A stretch of DNA of 64,000 bases, from NCBI GenBank assembly GCA_963763775.1, contig CAVXPZ010000001.1, positions 896,001 through 960,000 of the forward strand, in the 5' to 3' direction. Within the stretch, counting starts at the first letter, position 1, and every line of letters begins with the position of its first letter. Origin of the DNA: an uncultured Chloroflexia bacterium (lineage in GTDB: Bacteria > Chloroflexota > Limnocylindria > Limnocylindrales > CSP1-4). A program made the translations under genes and the position numbers. A model generated the notes under the pieces. That model made no database searches. It was given only the letters and a program-made list of their open reading frames with translations, and had not been told where the DNA came from. Shown here one piece after another: positions 42,124-55,188 of this stretch.

Positions 42124-43015
42124 CTACAGCCGGTGCGTCTCGAGGAACCCGCGGATCGCGTCGGCCACCTGCTGGTAGCTCGACTCGCCGACGATCAGTC
42201 CGTAGTGCGAGTGCGCCCCGAACGGCTCGTACTCTGCGTCGAGCCATTCCGCGAGACGCTCGGCGTCATCGGCCGTCGACCGTGCGATCGAGCCCGGCAC
42301 TGATGACGAGGCGCGGCACGGCCTCCACGCCGCGCCGGTCGACCGACACGCCGGCCAGCATCTGGCGGCGCGCGGCGCCGGCCTCGTGCGGCTTCTGGCC
42401 GAGCAGGTGCTGGACACGCAGGACGTCGGCGAGCGTCAGGTCCCGATGGTCCCGCAACAGTCGCTCGGGGAGCGTCTCCCAGCCGATCACCGACCGGCCG
42501 TAGACCTCGGGGATCTCGCGCAGCTCGTACGGCCGGACCGGCAGGCGGAGCTCACGCGGCATCTCCGGGCTGAGCAGGACCAGGCCGGCGATCGGCATCC
42601 GCTCGGCGGCCTTGAGGGCGAGCAGGCCGCCCATCCCATGGCCGACCACGACCGTGTTGGCCCCGAGCCGCTCCAGCGCCGCGACGACGTCCTCGGTGTA
42701 CGTGTCGAACGAGAGCTGCGCCGGGTCGGCCGTCTGCGACCAGTAGTGGTTGCGCAGGTTGAGGGCGTGCCCTTCCCACCCGCGGCCGGCGAAGTACCCG
42801 AGGTAGCGCTCCCAGAGCCACGACCCGGTCAGCTCGCCGTGGAGGAACAGCAGCGGCTTGCGCCGCGAGCGGCGCTCGGGCAGCCACGACTCGATGTAGA
42901 GGCCCCGCTCGTGCAGCTCGATCTCGTCCTTCCGGACGGGTCGGCCGTTGATCGGCGGGAGCTGCGCCTGCGCGAGGATGGCGTCGGGGGTCTGGTCGGG
43001 CAACGGGCTCACCAT
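42124..43015 (-). CDS. Alpha/beta-hydrolase-fold protein lacking the nucleophile Ser (frameshift near 42285)
   Basis: LLFLHG, ALNLRNH, VVVGHGMGGL, GLDRTV, SHYGL. Confidence 0.82.
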
Positions 43016-44333
43016 TCGTGCGGGTTGATGACGAGGCCGGTCAGGGCCTTCGGGTAGAAGTAGGTGGACTTCTGCGGCATCACGTCGCCGTCGGCGGCGA
43101 CTGCCGATGATCGAGGCCACCGGCGTGGGCTCGAGCAGGAACGCGGCACCGGCCCCGTCGTTGGCGTCGTCGACGCGCTGGATCGCGTCGGCGGCGGACT
43201 TCGTGTACTCGACCGCGCCGGCCGCGACGGCGTCCGGACCGATCCCGAGGAGCCGCTCGAGGGCGACGCCCAGCAGGACGACGTCCAGGTCGCGCAGGGC
43301 CGCGCCGCCCGACGGGCAGGTACGGCTCGAAGGCCGAACGGCGGGCCGTCAGCGAGGCACCACCGGCCCGCGTCCACAGGCCGAACCGGCCGCCACCGCC
43401 CTCGGCCAGCCCGGCGGCATCGAACCTGTACCGGAGAGCGTCGGCGGACACGTCGCGCTCGACGTCGAACAGGTCGGACGCCGACCCGAGGAGTCGTTCG
43501 GCCGCGTCGGCATCGAGGTCTCGGACGATCCTGTGGGTCGGCAGGACGGTGAGCGCGTCTCGGCCGGTCGGCAGGAGGAGCATCAGCACGTAGTCGAACG
43601 CCGGGTCCTCCTCGCAGGACCGGCTCATCCGCCGCTCGTCGCGATACCGCAGCGCCGTCTCGTACCGATGGTGGCCGTCGGCGATCGTCACGGGCGCGGC
43701 ACCGGCGGCAGCCGTGAGCGCGGCCACGTCCTCCGCGAGGTCGCCATCCGCGGGCACGGCCCACAGGCGATGCCGGACGCCGTCGTCGTCGGTGACATCG
43801 ATGTCGGCCGGACCGGTCGTGCGCGCCTGCAGCAGCCGAGCCGCCGTCCCGGCCGCGTCGTCGAACAGTCCGACGACCGGGCTCGTGTTCACGCCGGTCG
43901 CTCGGAGGAGCTTGTAGCGGTCCTCCTTGGGCGCGGACATCGTGCGCTCGTGCGGCAGCACGCCGGCGCCCGGCCCGAATGGCTCCAGTCGCAGGCGGGC
44001 GAAGAACCCGCGCTGCGAGCGCTCGACCGTCGTGCCGGGGACGCGGTAGTCCTGCTGGTACACGTAGACCGACGGATGCGGGTCCTTGTGCAGCACGCCA
44101 CCGGATCGCCAGGCAGCCAGGGTCCGCGCCGCACGCCGATAGCGGTCGTCGGGCTCGTCGCCGTCGGCCTCGGTCGGCAGGTCCAGCCGCACGACGTTGT
44201 CCGGGTGGCGGTCGAGCAAGCGCACCCGGGCGGCGGCATCGATCACGTCGTACGGCGGCGCGACCACGTCGGCGAGGTCGCCGACGGTCGACGGCTCGAA
44301 CCGGAGGGCGCGGAAGGGTCGGATCTCGGGCAC
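43009..44333 (-). CDS. DUF1015 family protein (frameshifts near 43310 and 43100)
   Basis: IRPFRAL, VAPPYDVI, LPHERT, IADGHHRYET, MPQKSTYFYPK. Confidence 0.92.
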
Positions 44334-44528
44334 AGGGACCTTCACGGGCGCGGCATCGGGGTGCCGACAGGCTGCGGGACGACCGCATCGTACGATAGCG
44401 GCCGCCGCCGCGCGACCGTCCATCCCGGGGACCCTGATGGACGCCGGGGCGTTCGACGCAACTTTCCCTCGGGGCGAGGCGTCCTTGCTCCGACCATACC
44501 CCCGCCGGACCGACTGCTCGGAGTCTTC

Positions 44529-46968
44529 GTGCGTCTACGAATCCTCGCCGCCGCCGCGCTGCTCCTCCTGTCGCTGGGTGCGGCGGCGACCCCCGTGTCC
44601 GCCCTGGACGGCCTCACGATGGAGGCCCACACGATGCTCGGCGGCCATGCCCGGGTCGGGTCGTGGATGGCCATCGCGGTCCACCTCAAGAACGACGGGC
44701 CGCCGATCCAGGGTGAGCTCCGGTTGGTCGGCGGTTCCCAGGGCAAGACGCGATTCGGCACGGTGGTCGACCTGCCGACGCAGTCCGACAAGACGTACGT
44801 GCTGTACGCCCAGCCGCCGGCGTTCGGGCAGCAGATGGACATCGCGCTCTTCTCGGGCGACCAGGAGCTCGACACGACGCGCACGAAGTACGCGATCCAC
44901 GACGCCGGGCAGATGACCATCGCCGTCATCGCCGAGCGGCCCGGCGACATCGTGAGCGGCATCGATCTCGTCCCGAACCAGAACCAGGTCACGCCGGTCG
45001 TCATCCAGCTCACGCCCGAGGACCTGCCCGAACGGGTCGAGGCGTGGGGCGGCGTCGACCGCATCATCTGGCAGGACGTCGATTCGAACCGCCTTACCCC
45101 AGCGCAACTGGCGGCCCTCCAGGGTTGGCTCGCCGGCGGGGGCCGGCTCGTCATCGTCGGCGGCACGACCGGCCCGAACACCCTGTCGGCCTTCCCGGAC
45201 ACGCTGCTCCCCTACCGCCCGACCGCGACGGTCGACGTCGCCGCGAGCTCGCTGTCGTCGCTCCTCGGCACGACGCCCGCCGGCACGCCGGACATCCCGG
45301 CCCTGGGCGGGTCGCTCACGCTCGGGCGGCCGGGCCCTGGTGACGAGCGGCGACCGGGTCGTCGCCGCCGACCGCCCGTACGGCAACGGCGGCGTGACCA
45401 TCATCGGCTTCGACCCCACCACACGCACGCTCGCCGATGCGGGCACGGTCAAGGACCTGTGGCGGCGGGTCCTCCCGACGCGGACCTCGACGGGCAGCAT
45501 CGTCGGCGACGACAACCAGCTGCTCAGCGCCGTCTCGCAGTTGCCGCAGGTCGCCCTGCCGCCGATCGGCGGCCTGATCGCCCTCCTCGGCGCCTACATC
45601 CTCCTCGTCGGTCCCGTGAACTACCTGGTCCTCAAGCGGCTCGATCGGCGCGAGTGGGCGTGGATCACGATGCCGGTGCTCATCCTGGTGTTCGCCGTGG
45701 GTGCCTACGCGTTCGGCTCGCTCCTCCGCGGGAGCGATGTCCTCGTCAACCAGGTCGCCATCGTCCGCGGCGCCACGGGCACCACCGACGGCGCCGCGCA
45801 GGTCTACGTCGGGGTGTTCTCCCCGTCGCGCGGCACCTACCAGGTCCAGATCCCCGGCGGCGCGCTGCTCTCGGCGCCGATCTCCGGCGATGTCTTCGGC
45901 GGTGACGGCAACGGGTCGGCGCTCGACATCCTCCAGGGCGACCCGGCCCGCGTCCGGGACCTGGCGGTCAGCTTCGGGTCGCTGCGGGCGATCCGTGCCG
46001 AGACCCCGGCCAAGGTGCCGCTCGTCGAATCGGACCTGCACGTCGTCGACGGCCGCCTGACCGGGACCATCAAGAACGCGTCCGAGGTGACGCTGGAGCA
46101 GCCGGCCGTCGTCCTCGGGTCGACCGTGGTGACGCTCGACGACCTCCCCGCCGGGGCGACGGCGAAGGTCGACCAGCCGATCGTCCAGGTCGCCTTCGGG
46201 CAGCCGTTGTCGGACCGGGTCGTCGGCTCGTCGTTCTTCAACGACCCGGGCAGCGCGACCCCGGACATGATGAACCGCTACATCCGCCACACCATGGTCG
46301 ACCAGCTCACGTTCGACCCGAATTGGGGCACGACCAACCAGCTCACCGCCGACGGCGCGGTCATCCTCGGCTGGGGCAGCGGCAGCCTGCTGCCGGTCGA
46401 GATCGCCGGCCAGAAGCCGCAGGCGTCGGGGAACATCCTCTACTACCTGCCGGCGAACGTGACGGTCAGCGGCAAGACCACGTTCCGTGGCGACCTGATG
46501 CGCTCCGACGTCATCGAGACCGACGCGCCGTTCTTCGGCAAGGATCCGTACAGCATGAGCTTCGGCCGCGGCACCGCCACCGTCGCGTATCGGCCTCTGG
46601 CCTTCGACGGCACGATCGCGCCGAGCCAGCTGTCGCTGGGCATGAACTGGGCGGGCGACCAGCCGGTCCCGGACAAGCCGCAGGCGATCGCGCCGCTCCC
46701 GGCCATCCCGCCACCCTGCACCGACACGACCAAGCCGGAGTGCTCGCAGCTCAACTGGGACGGCATGCCCGAGGTGGAGGTCTTCGACCTCACGGCCGCC
46801 GACTGGGTCCGCCTCCCGCACCTGACGGGAGGCAGTCGGTACGCGCTCGGGGAGCCCGCCCGGTACGTCGACCCGGCCACGGGGACGGTCCTGGTCCGCT
46901 TCGTCAACGACCGTGGCGACAGCGTAGGCTTCAGCTTCGACGTGTCACTGACGGGGGACATCCGATGA
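44529..46968 (+). CDS. Large exported/membrane protein with class I GATase-like domain (frameshift near 45330)
   Basis: Signal peptide; Q.AALQGWLAGGGRLVIVGG; YILLVGPVNYLVLKRLDRREWAWIT transmembrane motif. Confidence 0.85.
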
Positions 46969-47928
46969 GCGCGATCGTCCGCACCGACGGCCTCGTCAAG
47001 CGCTACGACGGCACGCTCGCCGTCGCGGGCGTGGACCTCTCGGTCGAGCCAGGCGAGATCTTCGGCCTGGTCGGGCCGAACGGCGCCGGGAAGACCACGA
47101 CGATGCGGATCCTCGCGACCCTCCTGCGGCCCTCGAGCGGCGACGCGGAGATCGCCGGCTGGTCGGTCACCCGGAACCCGGATGAGGTCCGTCGCGTCCT
47201 CGGGTTCATGCCGGACGTCTTCGGGGTCTACGACGACATGAAGGTCTGGGAGTACCTCGACTTCTTCGCCCGCTGTTACGGGATCCCGGCGGCGGGGCGG
47301 CGCCGGATGATCGGCGACCTGCTCGAGCTCGTGGACCTTGGCGACAAGCGCGACGCCTACGTCCAGACCCTCTCCCGCGGGATGCAGCAGCGGTTGTGCC
47401 TGGCGCACGCCCTCGTCCACGACCCGCAGATCCTGCTGCTCGACGAGCCCGCGTCCGGGCTCGACCCGCGAGCGCGCGTGGAGCTGCGCGAGCTGCTGCG
47501 GGAGCTGCGGGCGCTCGGCAAGACCATCGTCATCAGCAGTCACATCCTTCCCGGAGCTCGAGGAGCTGTGCACGAGCGTCGCGATCGTCGATCGAGGCCA
47601 GGTGCTGGCCCAGGGCCGCGTCGCCGACATCGAGCAGCGGCTCCGCTTCGGGGCGGTCCTGCGCGTGCGGGTCCTCGCGGACGATGCCGGCCATGTGGCG
47701 GCTGTGGCCCACTTCGCCGCCGACCCGGACGTGGCCTCCGCGACGCGTCTCGAGGACGACACGATCGAGCTGGCGTTCCGCGGCGACGACGACGCCGCGG
47801 CGAGGCTCCTCGCCGGCGCCGTGGCGAGCGGCCTGCGGATCGTGACCTTCGCGCGGGCCGCCAGCGACCTGGAGGAGCTCTTCCTGCAGGTGACCGCGAC
47901 GGACGCGGCGCCGGTGCTGCTGGCATGA
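46965..47928 (+). CDS. ABC transporter ATP-binding protein (frameshift near 47550)
   Basis: GPNGAGKTT, LSRGMQQRL, LLLDEPASGLD, ISSHIL, DLEELFL. Confidence 0.92.
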
Positions 47929-49061
47929 CCGAGACGACCGCGGTCCCGAGCGGCGGCCGCCACCCGTTCCGCGCCGTCCGACGCACGTTCGGCGGGATCA
48001 GCGCGGTCGGCGCGAAGGAGCTTCGCGGCCGCATGCGCGGCCGACGCGCCTTCGTGATCCTCACCCTGTACCTGCTGCTCCTCGGCGGGTTCGCGTGGAT
48101 GTACGAGCTGATCCTCGCCGCTCAGGTCAGCGTGGGCGTCGGCGGGTCCGCGGCCTTCGCCTCGGCCCTCATCGGGCAGGAGATCTTCGGTGGCCTGCTG
48201 ATCCTCATCACGCTGCTGGTCGTCTTCCTCGCCCCGGCGTTCACGGCCGGGGCGATCAGCCTGGAGCGGGAGAAGCAGACGCTCGACATGCTGGTGACGA
48301 CCCCGATCTCCTCGTTCGCGATCGTGATCGGCAAGCTGCTCAGCGCACTGACCTACGTCTTCATCCTCATCGGCGCCTCGATCCCGATCACGGCGATCGT
48401 GTTCGTCTTCGGCGGGGTCGCGCCGGACGACGTCATCCGCGGCTACATCGTGCTCATCGCCACGGCGCTGGGCCTGGGAGCCTTCGGCCTGTTCTGCTCG
48501 TCGATCGTGAAGCGGACGCAGGCGGCCACCGTCATCACGGTGTTCGGCGTCCTCGCGATGACCCTCGGCTCGATCTTCATCCTGTACTTCTGGAACGTGA
48601 TGGCGAGCCTCTCGACGAGCGGGCAGCAGGGCCTCGGGCCGATCAAGGGCCGGGCACCCGAGGTCATCGCCTACCTCAATCCGTTCCTCGCCCAGGCCGA
48701 CATCATCTGCGGGACCCAGACCACGTACGGCGCCTGGTGCGACCGCTACGCCCAGATCATGGGCGGCCAGAACGGGATCATCTTCACCGGCGACGGCACC
48801 AACGGCGGCGGTCCAGTGATCGGGGCGCCGGTGCCGGCACCCGGGTTCGTGGTCGGGAGCGACACCACGGGCGGCGGGTTCGCCCAGCCGTCGACCATCA
48901 CCGCCTTCGGCGTGTCCCGTGATGCGTTCTGGCCCAAGACCGTCGTCGCGTGGCTCGTCGCCGCGGTCGTGATGATCCTGTTGTCGATCCAGCTCGTTTC
49001 GCCGACACGGCGCTGGCGTCCGCATCTCCCGAGACGTCGCCCCAAGGCACCGCCGGCATGA
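47925..49061 (+). CDS. ABC transporter permease
   Basis: KELRGRMRGRRAF, AISLEREKQTLDMLVTTP, GKL. Confidence 0.9.
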   Translation: MTETTAVPSGGRHPFRAVRRTFGGISAVGAKELRGRMRGRRAFVILTLYLLLLGGFAWMYELILAAQVSVGVGGSAAFASALIGQEIFGGLLILITLLVVFLAPAFTAGAISLEREKQTLDMLVTTPISSFAIVIGKLLSALTYVFILIGASIPITAIVFVFGGVAPDDVIRGYIVLIATALGLGAFGLFCSSIVKRTQAATVITVFGVLAMTLGSIFILYFWNVMASLSTSGQQGLGPIKGRAPEVIAYLNPFLAQADIICGTQTTYGAWCDRYAQIMGGQNGIIFTGDGTNGGGPVIGAPVPAPGFVVGSDTTGGGFAQPSTITAFGVSRDAFWPKTVVAWLVAAVVMILLSIQLVSPTRRWRPHLPRRRPKAPPA

Positions 49062-51026
49062 CCCGCCCGACCGTGCCGTGGCGGCGCCGACGGCCGCCCT
49101 CGATCGACGGCCCCGCCATCGTGCCCGAGGACCCGCGCCTGGCGATCGAGGGCCCGCTCGATCCGGCGTTGCTGGCGATCCGCGCGGCGCTCCGCGCCGA
49201 TCGACGTCGCTTGTGGGTCCGGCGGATCGTGCGCCGGACCTGGCTGGCGCTCGCGGCCGTGATGGTCGCCGAGCTCGTGCTGTGGACCGTCGCCCGCTTC
49301 GTGCCGATCGAGTGGACCGCCCAAGTGGCGGTGGCGATCCCGATGATCGGGGCGGTCGCCCTCCTCGTGGCCGTCGCCCAGGCGCGGCCTTCGCTCGGCG
49401 AAGCGGCCCTCGCCGTCGACGCGGAGGCGCACCTCGGCGATCGCGTCTCGAGCGCGCTGGAACTCGCCGTCAGCTTCCCGGACTCCGCGCGCCCCGTCGA
49501 CCCGGATGCGACCGCCGTCACCGAGGCCGACGGGGACACCACGCTCGGTGACGCCGCCCAGGCCGATCGGTTCGTCCGTCGACAACGAGCCGATGCCCTC
49601 GCCGCGCTGCGAGCCGCGCCGACCAACCTGTTCCGCCCTCGCTTGTCGCGGCAGCCCGCGATCGCCCTCGCCGCCGCGACGCTGCTGCTCGTCCCGGTCC
49701 TGGTGATCCCGAACCCGCAGGACGCGGTCGTCGCCCAACAGCGGCAGGTGCGCGACGCCGCCGACCGTCAGGCCGAGCGGCTGGACCAGCTGGCCCACGA
49801 GCTCGAGACCAAGGGGGCGAACGCCGATGATCCCCGAACACGGCTGGCCCAGCAGCTCCGCGACCTGGCCCGACAGCTTCGCGACCGGCCGGATCAGCTG
49901 GACGTGAACCTCGCCCGGCTCGGGTCGGTCGAGAGCGATGTCCGAGCACAGGTCGACCCGGCGACCGAGCAGCGCGCGGCGTCGATGACGTCACTGAGCC
50001 GCGCCCTGTCGAGGGCCGCCACCGGCAAGCCCGACGCCAACCGTGACGGCGACCCGCGCCAGACCCAGGAGGATCTCGCCCGGCTCGGGGACCAGCTCGG
50101 CGACAAGACGCCGCAGGAGCTCGCCGATCTCGCGCGGCAACTCGCCGAGCAGGAGGCGACCGCGTCCGGCACGGACGGCGCGGCGTCGCAGGCGCTCCAT
50201 GACGCCGCGCAGAGTCTGTCGCAGGGCGACACGGCCGGAGCCAAGGCCGCCCTGAACCGATTGGGTGACGCGCTGACGGGGACGAACCAGCAAGTCGCCA
50301 CGAACCGCGACCTCGCCGGCGCGGCCTCGCAGCTCCAGGACGCGCGCCGCGACCTCGCCGACGCCGGGCGCCAGACCGCGCAGGGACAGCAAGGGCAGGG
50401 GCAGGGTCAGGCGCAGGGCAGCCCGCGACCGAGTGGCAGCCCGGGGACGGGCCAGGGGCAGGCGCAGGGCAGCCCGGGCACAGGCCAAGGGCAGGGGCAG
50501 GGGCAGGGGCAGGGTCAAGGGCAGGGCCAGGGGCAAGGTCAGGGCCAGGGGCAAGGTCAGGGGCAGGGGCAAGGTCAGGGGCAGGGGCAGGGTCAGGGCC
50601 AGGGGCAGGGCGGCAGGGGCAGGGGCAAGGTCAGGGGCAGGGCAAGGCCAGGGCGCCATCGGCGGCGGCGGCTCGAACGCCCGCTCGCTCGGCAACGGCA
50701 TGGGCGGGAACGGCCGACCCGCCGGGCCGACCAACCCGAACCGGCCATCCCAGCTCGGCGCGGACCTGTCATCCGTCTACGCGCCGTTCGACCGTCTGGG
50801 CAAGCCCGGCGACCCGTCGTACATCGCCGGCACGGGCGGCGACGGCCAGACCCAGCAGGGCAACGGCACCGGGACCGGCACGAACAACGGGGCGCTGACC
50901 CCGTATCAGCAGGTCTACGCCGACTTCGAGCAGTACGCGCAGACGTCGCTCGAACGCGGCTATGTCCCGATCTCGGTGAAGGACTACGTCCGGGACTACT
51001 TCAGCTCACTCGACCCCAAGCGATGA
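49058..51026 (+). CDS. Membrane-anchored coiled-coil protein with Gly-Gln repeat tract (frameshift within the repeat near 50610)
   Basis: TM helices, LGDRVSSALE, long helical region, (GQ)n, C-terminal PYQQVY...VPISVKDYVRDYF. Confidence 0.85.
50381..50653 (+). repeat. Hexanucleotide-type coding repeat encoding (GQ)n
   Basis: caggggcaggggcaaggtcag units read directly. Confidence 0.9.
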
Positions 51027-51070
51027 CGACCGGCGCCGAGCGACCGGCGGCCGACCCAACGGAGGCACCC

Positions 51071-52084
<1,014 letters not shown>

Positions 52085-52111
52085 CGGGTCCACGGACCCG
52101 GACGGAGCGAC

Positions 52112-53086
52112 GTGACCGGACCGCAGATCGGGCCGCCCGACACCGCCGAGGGCTCGGCCCGGCCGGCAGGCGGGAGCACGCGCGGGGCGTTCCTGCCGAG
52201 CGAGGTCGACCCGACCGTCTTCGACGAGACGTTCCTGCGCCAGCTCGAACGGCTGATGCTGCTCATGCGCGCTCCGGTCCGGGGCGGGCTCAAGGGCGGC
52301 CGACGGAGCGTCAAGCGCGGCCAGTCGGTCGAGTTCGCGGACTACCGCGACTACGCGCTCGGCGACGACCTGCGGCAGCTCGACTGGAACGTCTACGCGC
52401 GGCTGGAGAAGCTGTTCGTCAAGCTGTTCGTCGAGGAGGAGGACGTCACCGTCACGCTGCTCGTCGACGCGTCGGCGTCGATGGCAGTCGGTGACCCGTC
52501 GAAGCTGCTGTTCGCGAAGCGCGCCGCGGCGGCGCTCGGCTACATCGGTCTCGGCAGCGAGGACCGGGTCGCCGTGACGGCACTGGCCGGCCGCACGGCG
52601 CGGCGGCGGAACGCGATGCGCGGCTCTGGCCGCGTGTTCCGGTTGCTCGCCGACCTGTCGGCGATCGAACCCGCCGAGGGTCCGACCGACCTGCTCGCCG
52701 CGGTCCGGCACGCGGCCGCGCAACTCCACGGTCGCGGGGTCGTGATCCTGCTGTCCGACCTCCTCGACCCGTCGGCGGACCGCGTCATCCGCGACCTCGC
52801 TGCAACGGGTTCTGAATTGGTCATCCTGCACATCCTGTCGCCCCAGGAGCTCGACCCGCCGCTCGAAGGCGACCTGCGGCTCGTCGACAGCGAGACCGGC
52901 GAGGGCATCGACGTCACCGTCGATCTCGCCACCATCGACGCGTACAAGGCCCGGGTCACGGCGTGGAAGGCCGGGTTCGCCGATCTGGCCGCGAAACGAC
53001 GCGCGAGCTACGTGGACCTCGCTTCGGACGTGAACCTCGCGGACCTGATGTTCGCCGAGCTGCGACGGCGCCAGGTCCTGGGCTGA
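52112..53086 (+). CDS. DUF58 protein
   Basis: GQSVEFADYRDY..GDDLRQLDWN, LLVDASASM, LSDL. Confidence 0.94.
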   Translation: MTGPQIGPPDTAEGSARPAGGSTRGAFLPSEVDPTVFDETFLRQLERLMLLMRAPVRGGLKGGRRSVKRGQSVEFADYRDYALGDDLRQLDWNVYARLEKLFVKLFVEEEDVTVTLLVDASASMAVGDPSKLLFAKRAAAALGYIGLGSEDRVAVTALAGRTARRRNAMRGSGRVFRLLADLSAIEPAEGPTDLLAAVRHAAAQLHGRGVVILLSDLLDPSADRVIRDLAATGSELVILHILSPQELDPPLEGDLRLVDSETGEGIDVTVDLATIDAYKARVTAWKAGFADLAAKRRASYVDLASDVNLADLMFAELRRRQVLG

Positions 53087-53089
53087 CCG

Positions 53090-55188
53090 ATGCCCTTCGT
53101 CACGCCGCTGGCGCTCGCCGGCCTCGTCTTCATCCCGCTCGTCGTCGCGATGTACCTGCTGAAGCTGCGCCGGGACGAGACCGTCGTGCCGTCCACGCTG
53201 CTCTGGAGCCGCCTCTCGACGGACGTCGAGGCGAACGCGCCGTGGCAGCGCCTCCGGCGGAGCCTCCTGCTGCTCCTCCAGCTGCTCCTGGTCGTGCTGC
53301 TCGTGCTGCTCGCCGCGCGGCCGTTCCTCGAGCGGCCCGCCGGACTCGCCCGCGACGTCGTGCTCGTGATGGACACCTCCGCGAGCATGGCCGCGACCGA
53401 CGTGGCGCCGAACCGGCTGGCCGCCGCACGCGACGCGGCCCTCGCGGCCCTCGCCGACCTGCCGACCGGCGGGCACGTGAGCGTCATCGCCGCGGACCGG
53501 AGCGCGCGGATCGTCGTGAACGAGACGACCGACATCAGCCGGGTGCGCGCCGCGCTCGACGCCCTGGAGCCATCGTCGACGAGCGGCGACCTCGGCGACG
53601 CGCTCGAGCTGGCATCCAAACTCGCGGCGCGGTCGGGCGACGCGCAGATCCTCGTGGCCACGGACGCCGCCGTGGCCGCGCCGATCACGACCAAGGTCGG
53701 GGCACCGATCAAGGTGCTCCCGGTCGGCCGGGACCGGAAGAACCAGGCGATCGTCGCGCTCGCGGTCCGCGCGGCGCCGTCGTCGGTGACGCGCTCGGTC
53801 TTCGTCAGCGTCGCGAACCTCGACATCGAGAGCGCGCAGCGACGGCTCGAGGTCTGGGGCGACGACCACCTGCTCGAGGCGCGTGATGTCGCGCTCGATG
53901 CGCAGGCGCGGTCGGACGTGGTCATCGACGACATCCCGCGCGACGTCGGCGTCGTGGAGGTCCGCCTGGTCGGCGCGGACGCGACCTCGACGGCGGCCCC
54001 GGACCACCTCGCGATCGACGATCGCGCCTGGGCGGTGCTCCCGTCGGCCGAGACGAAGCTCGTGCTGCTCGTCGGCGATGGCGACCCGTATCTCGAGACC
54101 GCGCTCTCCTACCTGCCGAACGTCGAGCTCTACGGGGTCACGCCCGCCGAGTACGGCCCGGCGACCCAGCGGACCGACGGCCGCCCGTGGGACCTCGTGA
54201 TCTTCGAGTCGAACCTGCCCGCCACGCTGCCGGACGCCCCGATCCTCGCCATCGCCCCGCCGCGCACGAGCGACCTCGGCGAGGTGAGCGGCACGGTCAA
54301 GGATCCGGGGATCGGCGCGCTGAGCCCGGACGAGCCGATCCTCCGCTACGTCGACCTCTCGACCACGCACATCTCCGAGGCGCAGCGACTCACGACGCCG
54401 TCCTGGGCCCGGACCGTCATCCCGGGGCCCAAGGGCGCGCCGCTCCTCTACTCGGGGACGCGGGCGGCCGGCCCGCCGCGGTCCTGGCCTTCGAGCCGCG
54501 GCGCTCGGACCTGCCGCTGCAGGTGGCCTTTCCGATCCTGCTCGCCAACCTGACCGGCGAGCTGCTGGGCGGATCCGCCGCTCCGACCGACGCCGTGGCG
54601 CCCGGCGACCCGGTGACCCTCGTGGTCCCGGCGAACGCGACGGGCGTGACGATCACCCGGCCCGACGGCACCACGACGAGTCTCGTGGCCACGGCGGCCG
54701 GCGGCTCGTCGCTCACGTACGCCGCCACGGACCTGCCGGGCATCTACACGGTCACCCCGGTCCTCGCTCCAGAGGCATCCGCGGGACCGTCCGGCAGCGG
54801 CGCAGGCGCCGGCGTCGTCGCCTCACCGGCCGGGACCGCCACGGCGCCGGGGGCATCCGCCGGCGCCAGCGGTCATCCGATCGACGCCGCCGCTCCGGTG
54901 CGATTCGCGGTCGACCTCTTCGACGTCGGCGAGTCGACGATCGCACCCGGGTCGGCGGCCGCCATCGAGGCGCTCGGGACCGCACCGGTCGCGTCCCCCG
55001 CCCCGGGTGGCACCGACGCGCCCGTCGAGCGCCCGACGGCCCGCGACGAACTGTGGCTGCCGATCGTGCTCATCGTGCTGATCGGGCTGTGCATCGAGTG
55101 GGCCGTGTACCACCGCGACGCGCTCATCCGGATCCGTCGATCCATCACCGCGCGGTTCGGCCGGCAGCCGTCGGGCGGGAGCGCGTAG
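53090..55188 (+). CDS. BatA-like/vWA domain membrane protein (frameshift near 54465)
   Basis: BatA-like N-terminus (IPLVVAMYLLK..VPSTLLW), MIDAS DTSASM, SDLPLQVAFP, C-terminal TM. Confidence 0.9.

Noticed and set aside
46323-49061. Apparent ABC ATPase / permease fusion (912 aa)
   Set aside because: Frameshift near 47550; the ATPase C-terminus is in the 47338-47928 frame.
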